A program made the translations under genes and the position numbers. A DNA stretch of 64,000 nucleotides from Glaucostegus cemiculus (lineage: Eukaryota), in the NCBI GenBank assembly GCA_976551045.1, contig CDPCPM010000060.1, positions 3,782,001 through 3,846,000 of the forward strand. Reading direction: 5' to 3'. Below are positions 53,797 to 64,000 of the stretch, in pieces. The first letter of the stretch is position 1. The number at the start of each line of letters is the position of its first letter. Below the pieces are notes generated by a model. That model did no database searches. It worked only from the letters and a program-made list of their open reading frames with translations, and was not told the DNA's origin.

Positions 53797-53803
53797 GACA
53801 ATC
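53797..53803 (+). promoter_or_regulatory. miR-219-5p 7mer-m8 site (GACAATC)
   Basis: Seed match directly abutting a miR-499 site. Sox6 is an established miR-219 target in oligodendrocytes. Confidence 0.65.
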
Positions 53804-54554
53804 GTCTGTGATTTAATGAGGATAAAAAAAGTATATATAATTACACTTACAAAATGGGTCTCTCCAGACAGCAGTGAAGTTACTCAGGAATATGGAAAAG
53901 GATTTTTTTTGAGACAGAGGAGGAGCTTGCCAGAGTGCATGTGTCCCATAATTTTGTTTTAAACACTTGATTGTGCACAAATAGGGTGTTCAACAGTTAT
54001 TCGTCAGTGCAGGCCACACAACAGACAGCTGTCCCAGTTGTCTTCTTAGAATGGTTTCTTACCCTTTACCTCATTACGCTGAGTTCCAGTGAGAGTATTT
54101 TAGTCATTCCAGAGATCCAAGGGGCCAATAATCTAGGATTATTGAATTTAAAGGAAAACACTGGGGGTGGTTGGGGAAATGTTCTTAAATATTTAAAATT
54201 GTAGGGCAAAATTGTGACTCAAAACCATGGATATTCTGTTCAGTAAAGAAAACTTCCATCATAGCAGCATAATCTGCAGTCTGAACAGGAATAATTTATT
54301 AGTCACTCAGAGACAATGCCCACCTCCTTAGTCCCACCCCAACCTCCCCTCCTCCAATGTCAGCCCAATACCAGTTACATCCCGTCACCAGAGTCACTAA
54401 AATTAAAATGGCTATTCTCAGTTCAGCTTTGAATGGACACGGTTGAGCTAATGGAAGAATAGAGGGAGAAACAGTGAGCGAGAGAGAGAAAAAATTGGGG
54501 AATGTGGAGGAGGGGTCCTTAATATTGCCTTTGACATGGTCTAATTAACTCTAG

Positions 54555-54960
54555 GAGTGTCAGCTATGGCTTAGTTGAGAGTACTATTGTCTCTGAGCAC
54601 AACATTCTAGTCTGACTACTTAGTACAGTACTGAGGGAGTGCTACACTGTTGGAGGTGCTGTTCTTTGATGGCAACCTCAAAAAAGGTCCTGCCTTCTTT
54701 CACAAGTGAATATTAAAGAAAGATGATGAGTATGGGATTTATCCCTCTCATTTTTGGCCAATATATTAATCCCTGAATCAATATTATAAAAGCAGATCAT
54801 TGGATCATGAATATTTGTGGCATCTTTCTGCGCACAGTGGCTTGCTGTGTTTCCTATTTCTACAGTGACTGCATTTCAAAAGTACTTCACTGGCTGCAAT
54901 GTACTTTAGGGCAGTTTGAATAGGACATGAAAGATGCCATATAAATGGAAGTCTTAAGTC
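54555..54960 (+). mobile_element. Near full-length DeuSINE (SacSINE1/AmnSINE1-like) inside the putative 3'UTR
   Basis: Deu-domain motifs CAGTACTGAGGGAGTGCTACACTGTTGGAGGTGC, TGGCCAATAT, TTCAAAAGTACTTCACTGGCTG and the tail TGAAAGATGCCATATAAATGGAAGTCTT. Confidence 0.8.
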
Positions 54961-55921
54961 TTTCCAAGAGTCTTATCTACCATTCAATGGTGTTAAATGA
55001 CATTACTTAAAACAATTCCATTCCTCTCCACTGTTGGCATTCACCTTGATGAGCACAAATGGGACAGGGATAGGGTGGGAGGAAATTGAATACTAATGAC
55101 TTAATCTACTTAATTTCACAATGTCTTAATTCATCTACTGCATTACTGTGAAAATGACATATACTAAGGTCTTAAACGAAATTTGGTGTGCAGGAAGTAA
55201 ATGGGGTTTATCAAAAATATATATAGCACAGATGAACAAGAAATGAAGTTCATCTCCAAAAACATACCCTGCATACTCAGATTTCCTGTCTTAAATACAT
55301 AATGGGTACTACAAAATTAAAACAGCCATTACCTAGTTAAGAAACTACTGTTGTTGGTATGTGGATTTGAGACAATAAATTGGGGAAATACAAACTTTTC
55401 AGAAATGAGGCAGAATTCTGCTCTTTATTTAAAGCCCCATTGAATAGTGAAGTTCCATTATTTAATCTTGGACCAGTTTGATTTAGACTGTGATAATTTA
55501 GTTGGAACATCTTGCAAATGAGAATAACTGATGAACACTTTGTTTCTTTTGCAAATCATTCAAGGTACTGATAATATTTCATTCAAAAAAACAAAATATT
55601 TGAACTTTAAATCTGGCTACAATGAGGGAGGGTGGGAGGAGTGAGGGATTGGTTCTGAAATCTTGCATAATCATAATTTATTAAAGTTCATATAACCTCT
55701 TACTAATAAACAGCTCCCCTCAACTGTTTTATTTTTAAAATTCAGTTTTACTTAGGACAGTGTATGCCATTTAGTTTGAGAGTACAATTTGTAGTTTATA
55801 TTTCATTGCACCCACACGTTTCGTTTTTTTAGCTGTTTTGTTGCCATGCCAATATGATATAATGCAGGCTGGTGGGAAAACAAAGGACTGTTTTTTGGGA
55901 CTGAAACTTGATTATGCTTGT

Positions 55922-56008
55922 AGTGTGTGTATGTATGTATTTTATATATATATAATATATGTAATATGATACACATACACACATACGGACACACACATTT
56001 ACATGCTC

Positions 56009-56041
<33 letters not shown>

Positions 56042-56062
56042 TTCACACACATACGCACACAC
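55922..56062. repeat. Imperfect (TA)n/(CA)n microsatellite in the 3'UTR
   Basis: Seen directly. Confidence 0.9.
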
Positions 56063-56600
56063 AGGATGTTTTAAAGTGTTATGAGCACTGGATATAAATG
56101 ATATTTTTTATCACTTCTGACTAATGTGAAACTGTTTTAAGAGATATTACATGAACAAAAAGCCGCCTGTAAAGACTCGTGTGGGCCTGCCTCACAGTTG
56201 CCAGATTTGAGTCATTTTATGTCTAGTAATTTTATTTATGCAAAAAAATGTTATGTATGAATACTTTGTTTTAGCTCCATCCAAATCTACCTTTTCCCCT
56301 CATTTCTGTTATCCTTACCTACCTTCATTTCTATGTCCTCCTTTTCTCTTTCTCCCCTCATTCACCAACACCCCACTCCACCCCCCCCAACTGATTCCCA
56401 ACAAAATACTTTGTTTTGTACCTTGACCATATGCTCTCCCACTTGATTGGCTAAACAAACAGCAACCTTATTTTTTTCAATGGTCTTAATTATCTTTTTG
56501 TAAATTGTATTTGAAAGTTGACTAGATCAAATAAATGTTTGTGTAATATTTATTAGCCGAAATCAGGCTCTAAAATATCATTGCAGAGTTATTCTACCAA

Positions 56601-56608
56601 GACAATCA
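56601..56608 (+). promoter_or_regulatory. miR-219-5p 8mer site (GACAATCA)
   Basis: Perfect 8mer that overlaps an AATAAA at 56608-56613 by one base. Confidence 0.65.
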
Positions 56609-59600
56609 ATAAAGGAAATAGTACAAATTTACTTAAATTGGAGCTTAAAACAAAGTTGCAACAAAAAAATCCACCATCTCATTTTAGATTTTTTGTTAAA
56701 TTGTAAATATAACATAGGAAATAGAATTCTATTTTTGTTCATGAATACATAGTGAAATATAAGTTATGTATTTACTGTTTTGTTATACATCATTGTATGT
56801 TGGTCCACATTTTTAAATGCTGACAATTCGCTGTACCTCATGTAGATGCTGAACTCACACCCGCAAATGATATAGCAGTATTGGACCTGTAGCTGAGGCA
56901 CTCAGACACCTCGCTTATGGTCAGTTTCTCATGTTTTTTTGTATTGTAATTATTATTAATAAGGATATATATAGCGTTACAGTTAGTAATGTGCGGAGTA
57001 GGGAAATAATTTTATTTAAAGAGAGAAACACTTTTTGAATCACTTGTACTGTGCCCACTTCTTAGCAGGAAGAAAACAATCAGCAAAATTTGTAACTTTT
57101 TATGAACTCGTTTCCTTCTGTGTAAAATTCTTATCAAGCAGGAAAGGCGTGAGGTGGGATGGTTAAGTGGGTGGGAGGATTTGCATAAATTGAACATTTT
57201 CTAATTCCTCTGGGTTACTTCTAAGAGTTTATGGGAATGGGATAGGACACTCCCTGTTAATTGTTTCTAAGTGGCATAGAGGTGTTGATGATCCACAGGT
57301 AGCGAAGTGTGCCAACAGAATCAGGAATAAAACAGTGAGCACCAGATAGTAATAAAATGCAAAATAAACAGGGAACTTGACAAGTAAGAGAGATTCTCAC
57401 TTGATACCACCAGTTTAAGATCATTTAAGTGTTTTTACCTTGCTTCTATTTAAATACTAATTGCCTTTGACATTCATAAGCTTTGTGACCCTCTTATTAT
57501 GGATCATTGTAGGTAGCTGCAACCATAAACTAAATTGCCTCCTAACTTTAGATCATAGCTTGCAAATATCAACCAAGGTTAGGCATGTCAGCATACTTAA
57601 TCTCAATGTTATTCAAAGGATACTTTAGAAACAAGTTTCCTAAAAAATACAGAAGTATGATGAACATGCTCGAGGGAAAAGCCTGCTTTTAATTTGGAAA
57701 GGGGAAAGACCATGAGGCATACACCATTTTTTAAACATAGGAAACAGGCATTTTTGATTTTTTTTCCCTTTGTGTTGGGTATTACATTAAATGAAGACAA
57801 AGTTTTCCAAACACTTTATTTTCATACATTTGGGAGATATTCAAGTGTGATTCTATTAAAGATCATTAGAACAAGTAAGATCTGAACAACATGTGACTGG
57901 CAAACTTGCCCAAATCTGTCAGAAGTCCCTAAGTTTAGGTTTAAAAGATATGTATGAAAAACTTGGGAGATTATCCTGTTTCCTAGATTAGCAACTGCAC
58001 TTTTTATAATGCTGTGTGTAATAAGGTAGAGTAAGCAACAAGGCAAAGGCTGTTGTGTATTGGGAACTGCATCCTTCCTGGAAGCCACCTTTCTGGACAA
58101 TTAATGTGATAAAAGTATTTTATTCCCAGGCTGTGGCATATATTTTTTAAAAAATGTCACACAAGCTGTTAGGTTTTACAAAACATACGCAATAACTTGA
58201 TCTGCAAATGAATTAACCTCAAAGTTGACCTCTGTGTCAAAACATATTGAACATATTATTCCCAAAATTGATGCAGTATTAAAAAATGACTGGTCCTTGC
58301 AGCAAACCAACAGCATGGCTAACTTTGGAGGAACAAGTTCATCTGCTATTATTATTGAATACAATTAGGAATTATTCCTAAATTTCACCCTTGCTTCTTT
58401 CCCTGTTACTGTCACAAGCCAGCAAAGATGCCAGGCTGCTGTGAAACACACAAGTGAGATGTTTGCCGCTATTGGGATTATGGGGAAATGTGCAAATAAC
58501 AAGTTAGTTTTTGTATCCAGCACACTGCAGCCTTGGTATGTGCATCCGCTGTTTTGTCTCCCTTTGACCTTTGTGTTTTGTGCTGGATCTTGTGATTTTA
58601 TAAAGTAGCCCACCCTCTGCTTTACTGAGAGGAATTTTTATAGTGTTTTTGTTCATTCATTAAGTATTTGCCATTTTTTTTCCAGTTGTTGAAAAAATAC
58701 ATTAAGACACGCTTATAAGCTGTTCCTACATAGCTTCTTACTGTAACTTTATCTTCCACAATTGGAAGTTTTGATTTCATTTTGATGTATATTGTGATAT
58801 TGTTCTTCATGTTAATTTAATCAGCACAATTCACTGACTTGCTGGACTGACATGCTAGCTGCTGATAAAGTATAAAGGTTTCATTAGGTTTGATTTTGTT
58901 TTAGCACGCGCGTATGACTGACAACTGGGACTCTTGTTGCCATGGTACTATGCTTTCAACCCTATAGCAACACTGGGTGTGGCTCTTAAGAAACACAGGG
59001 CCACCTCACGTGTCTCTTGTACAGCAGGATTTGATAATTAAAAAAAGTTTTTTTAAAAAACTTTCAATTTTGCATTTTGAACAAATAACAATGCAGGTAC
59101 CTGGGCCCACAGCAGGTATATGTTTGGGTGTCTAGAGGAACAGTGTCTGCTGCTGCTTTGATGATGTCTGACAATTGTAAATAATTTATCAAAAAAGGAA
59201 AAAAAAGACATGTACAGTCTAGTGTAAAGTTTGTAATTGAACATAAGAGAAAAAAATCTCCATCACCATGTTCCTCATATTCTGTTCTTTATACAGTACA
59301 AAAGACAACTTGTTTGCTGAGGATGATGTAAAACCTTCTTGATTATGTTTGATGTCCTACTGTCATTTTTCCCCTGCTTGGCATTATTCATAATGTAAAT
59401 CAGCCTTTTATTTTCTGCAGTATTGACGTGAGGTAAAGAAAAAAACAATTAATTAGGGTTAAATTTATTTTAGCGGTACTAGTAGTCTGACCTCCTCTGC
59501 CTCCATTATATTTGAAATAATAAAAATATGGATGATAAAAACACTAGTCAAAAGACAACAAACCTGTTATTTTCTGGAGTTTTCAGGCACCTTATCAATG

Positions 59601-59831
59601 TGTACAATTTCAAAAAATTCTTGGGTAATAATCCCACCTTTTTATTGCTACAAAATAATGAACATGAAAAGACAGGGATATGGCGCCTTGTGGGGAGTGT
59701 CTATGTGACTGACTGAGCTCATTTACCTCAAAGCTGTCCTCTCTCTCTTTCTTCTTCTCTCTCTCGTTCGATATATATATACATACACACACATAAATAT
59801 ATATAAATATATTCACCATCACTCCATCTTT

Positions 59832-59892
59832 TGTACTGCTGTTGACACTTAATTAAAGATAAATTTTGTTTTATGAGGCTTGTGTTTCTTCT
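59832..59892 (+). terminator. Candidate distal polyadenylation site
   Basis: TGTA at 59832, ATTAAA at 59852-59857 and GT/T-rich TGTGTTTCTT at 59881. Confidence 0.55.
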
Positions 59893-61284
59893 ATGATTTA
59901 TTGAGGGATTAAATTATGTTTGCTGTTTATTTGAATTTAAAAGAGAATTTTAGTAATAGAGTAAATTGCTCAGGTATTTTATTCAGGATTGTCAAATTTG
60001 TTTGCAAAATGCTTCAACTTAAATATTGAAAAATTCTCTTTTGAAAAATCAAAATTCCATGAAATTAGTTATTTTCAAAGACATTTTAAGCATGTTGATT
60101 ATAGGTTTTTCCCTTTTGGATTTCTGAGGTATTAAGTGGGCTTGGTGGCATTTTTCACTGATGAATTGAGGGCCTAGTCTGGCTTTGGACAGTTTCCCCA
60201 AAACTTATAAAAAGTAACTTGCATTTGTACTACATTTTTTAAATTAAAATGGAGCACTTAATTAGTAGATTGATATATTGAACAAAATTAAATTGGGAAC
60301 AAGACCAAAAGTAGAATGAAGGAATAGAAACTTTTAAATTGACAAGGTGCAGTGAAAGAGAATCATGGTGAGAGGGAAAATTGTGGCTGGCCGATTGGTT
60401 TCCACTGTGGAGTGGACAAGCAGTAATCAGAGAAGAAGGTGTAGACAAGTTTGCAAAACTTGAAGCAGTCAAATAGGATTAAGACGAGGGGTAAAATCAA
60501 CACTAAGTACACAATTATAAATTAAACTGCCTAGCAGGTAAGTAGTGAGTTTGTATCAGCCATTTGTTTTATATGTCATTAAATTTAATTTTCCATCACT
60601 CTCACCTAAAAATAAAACCAGTAAGCTAATTGGATTTCATCAGTTTTCCATCTAGTAGATTCAGTTAAAATTACCCTGCAAAATAAGGAACTGGTTTCCA
60701 CTCTTTATTGGAACATGTACTGCATGTAGCTGCAATCCCAATGGTATCCCCAACAAAAGATCATGACATTCACCAAAAATATGTTCAAGACAATACAATG
60801 GTGGCTTACACCAAAAACATAATAATAAAATGGGACGTGAAACATTCTAAATGGGAGCTGCATGAGAAGCTCACATTGGCCACGTTGCACATTGTTGCTG
60901 CATTGATCACTGATAAAGTCCTGAAAGAAAGTCTCCCTAGAGAAGCCACAGAACATCTGTATTGGGGGCTGGCAGGGAAGTGGGGGAAAACATGGGGAAG
61001 GGTGGGATTTGGCCATCTTCTACACATGTGACTACCCCCATGTAGTCACCTGCCCTGACTGTGTCCCGAGAGGGCCCACACCACTATGTGCCGCAGGGCA
61101 ATGAGGCAGAGATCACAGCAGCTCTGATGTGCACTGTATAAAAGGCTGCAATGAGCCAGTGATGAGCTTGGAAATCTCCTGAGCATACAAAACTGAGACC
61201 AACAAATGCTGTACGAAAGGCATTGATATCAAAACAGAATGCTTGTAATGTCATCACAGCCCTTATTAAGATATGTATCAGGAA

Positions 61285-61626
61285 ACAGGAGGATATTTAG
61301 TCCATCATGTCCAGTCTGGGTTTCAGCAGAACAATCCTCTCAGCCCCATTCAATGTTTTATTTCCCTGTAACCCACCCTCCCTCACATGCCCATCAACTC
61401 CCCTTTGATACTTCTTTGCCACTTAACTAGAACAGTGGTGATTTTACAGTAGTCAGTTCAGCTAACGGCACATCTTTGGGATGTGGGAGGAAACCAGAGC
61501 ACCCAGTGGAAACTCGCACAGTCACAGGGAGAATGTGCATCTCCACACTGACAGCACCCAAGAGCAGGAAGGAACCAGGGTCCCTGGAGCTGTGAAGCAG
61601 CAGCACTTAACTGCTGCACCACTGTG
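61285..61626 (-). mobile_element. V-SINE (HE1-like)
   Basis: TTTGGGATGTGGGAGGAAACCAGAGCACCC...GGGAGAATGTGCATCTCCACAC...CTGGAGCTGTGAAGCAGCAGCAC. Confidence 0.85.
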
Positions 61627-62724
61627 TTTCTTCTTTACAAACTGTTCAGTGAAGATCATAGGTTGCGCCCAATTGGCAAGGGTGGACATATGTGCAACTT
61701 CTGCTATCAATCGATCCACAACTACACCAGAGAAGCTTTGGTTTCCCATTGGGAGTAATTTCACTTGGATTTGATCATCAGTGCAATCGACCTCAGGTTA
61801 TATCATCTTTAAATGCAATTTGTGCATGAGGACCAGACACTAAATTGTTCTACATACATTCATGCTGATGAGATCAGACAGTAGTTTCAAAAAATGTTTA
61901 TTATTACAAATCATGGTTTTGAAGTTCAAGTCATGGCCCGATTTCTTCCTCAGTTGCTCTCCTCTTTAATGCAGAGGCTAGACTTCATGAAAGAACTTGG
62001 GAATAGTGTGAATGGGATAATGTTTCTTTGGAAACAAGTATATCTAAACTGTTTATAACAGAACATTTTGATCATAATAGCTGAAAAAGGAACATTTCCA
62101 ATCTGTGTAAAAGAACTATAGAAGGGTCAAGAGTTAGAAATGGTCTTTTATCTCCCAAAGCAAGAATGTTGGTTCAGAATAGATTCTACCAGACTTTTCA
62201 GAATACCCCAGATCTTGCTGTTGACATTACTCTACCCAATAAAAAGTTCCAGACATTTATCACTCTTTATGTGAAAATGTTCTCCCAAATATAGCTGTTA
62301 AATTGACTTGTCATGAGATTATTTTGTTTATGACATTGTCAACTACTAGCCTGCTTTACTTAACAACTTCTCAAACCAGTTAATAATTCATATTTTAGTG
62401 GTCCTTTTGATTTTGTTATTTTCTTTTTAAAATCAATTGCTAGAACATGCTTTTTGACACCTGGAAATGGGGAAATGTATTTTTTTACTTTAAAAGCTAG
62501 AGCAACATAAACAGAAACATATTTCTCTTACCAACTCTGCTAGTACTGAGGAAAATATCTCGTCTGTGAAGAATAAAAAGTTAAACATTCTGATTCTATA
62601 TGTGTGAACTAAAGAGACAAATAAAATTTTATCCTGTTATAATTCAACAACATTTCAAGATTATTTGTACACTTTTCATTTTCATTGTTCAGTTTATAGT
62701 CATTGAGCTTTCTGTTGGTGGGTG

Positions 62725-63070
62725 GATTCTTCTTCTCAGGCAGTCCCTTAACATCAAGGATGACTTGTTTCCACTGCAATTATATGGGTTCCAATGTGAC
62801 TAACGTTAAACTCTTCCCATCTGGGACAGTTGGTAGCTAATGGGTGAGTAGTTTGAGAGGTGATCTGTTCCTGCTGCTTACACAAGGCCTCTGCATGCTC
62901 CTGATTTATGGCCTAGAGGTTCACAATACCATCTCTAATGCTCCTACACTTAGAGCGGTCACAGGCCAGAGATTCTCAGGAGTTAGTGGGGATGTTGCAT
63001 TTCTTCAAGGAGGCTTTGAGCGCATCTTGAATCATTTGCTCTGTCTGCCTATAATCTCTTTCCCATGACA
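62725..63070 (-). mobile_element. RTE-clade LINE 3' fragment
   Basis: Minus translation QDALKASLKKCNIPTNS resembles RTE KDTLKASLKKCNIP. The antisense (GAA)n tail TTCTTCTTCTCAGGCAGTCCC is present. Confidence 0.75.
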
Positions 63071-63915
63071 GCTTGGAATAGAGTGTCCATTTTGGGAATA
63101 TGGTATCAGGCCTGCCCCATGTAGCCAACTGAAACCCAAGCCTCATTAATAGAGGAATTCTGGACCACTGTGCCATTTCACAAATCAACTCTTCAACTGT
63201 ATCTGCTCCAATCCGATTTCCTCATTTTCCTGTAACCTATTACACTCCTCTTTCTCAAGTACTTTTCTAACTCCTTTCAGTGATAATTTCATTTCTATTT
63301 TAACAGCTGCCAGCATTCCATAGGCTAAAGACTCTCCATGTGACAAAGAAAAAGTTCACCTAACTTCTTATTTTATTCAACTGATGATAATTACATGTCT
63401 CAATGGATCTGCCAGCCAGTGGAAACAATCTGTAATCATCTATAATCTCAACGTCTCGTATTTGTAAGTCAGCCATAATTCCCCAGTTGAGAATGAAAAT
63501 ATCAAAATTTTTCTTAATTGTTTTGCAATCCTTCTTGCAAGACCAAACAGTGAATTTCTTTAATGTGTAAGGAGGCTTATACCAAATGTTGGGAGCAAGA
63601 TTTAGTTTCTGACCAGAGATGAAGCATACTATTAGCCAATTTTGACCCAAAACAGGTATTCCCACGTGGAAACAAAATGCAGGCATTTCCTCCATACACA
63701 CAAAACCCAGATCAATTGTTAAGAAGAGAAAACGCCCCGATTTGGGAGATGAGGGCAGTTAGGAGAGATGTAGCCTCACAGCACCAGGGTGTTGGGTTCT
63801 ATCCCTTCAGATTCCAGTTTGGATCTGTTTATTGTCATATGCACCAGGGTGCAATGAAATTCCTTGCTCACATGAAGCTCACAGTGTAAACAGTATACAT
63901 GGTAAATACAACAAT

Positions 63916-64000
63916 GTGGAGTTTGCACATTCTCCTTGTGATTGTGGATGGTCTAGTTCCTTCCCATATCCTAAAGACATGCTGGTTGGTAGATTAGTTG
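63916..64000 (+). mobile_element. Partial V-SINE truncated by the window end
   Basis: TGTGGAGTTTGCACATTCTCC...CCCATATCCTAAAGACATGCTGGTTGGTAG. Confidence 0.65.

Larger units (their letters stand above)
53212..56489 (+). promoter_or_regulatory. Cluster of ten miR-499 (miR-208/736 core-sharing) seed-match sites
   Basis: AGTCTTAA at 53377 and 54950; AGTCTTA at 53765, 53790 and 54969; GTCTTAA at 53212, 55123, 55169, 55288 and 56483. Sox6 is an established miR-499 target. Confidence 0.85.
53129..59875 (+). other. sox6: Putative long (~6.7 kb) sox6 3'UTR
   Basis: AU-rich and poor in transposons after the stop codon, with dense miRNA seed matches and a TGTA...ATTAAA...GT-rich signal at the end. The exact 3' end is inferred. 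Confidence 0.65.

Noticed and set aside
60705-61031. Overlapping ~105-aa ORFs on both strands downstream of sox6
   Set aside because: No recognisable protein similarity or splice signals, and the length is within chance expectation.

Overview
This is vertebrate genomic DNA, not prokaryotic. The repeats (HE1/V-SINE, DeuSINE/SacSINE1-like, CR1 and RTE LINE fragments, Penelope-like foldbacks) point to a cartilaginous fish, shark or ray; that assignment is inference. The + strand holds the last six coding exons of the SoxD gene sox6: 2351-2531, 5836-6017, 28276-28384, 41722-41955, 49756-49972 and 52825-53128. All introns are GT-AG with consistent phases, and the exons give 408 C-terminal aa including the CtBP motif PLNLS, a coiled coil and the HMG box. 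A long 3'UTR follows, probably ending near 59.87 kb. The best leads are regulatory: ten miR-499-family seed sites in the first 3.4 kb of the UTR (two at the tail of a DeuSINE), miR-219 and miR-96 sites, a proximal poly(A) signal that would remove most of them, a candidate alternative first exon giving a short HMG isoform, an in-frame alternative acceptor, and a CpG-retaining ancient-repeat-like element in the HMG intron. Nearly all other listed ORFs are noise or decayed LINE fragments. Repeat-family and miRNA identities are from recall, not database searches.
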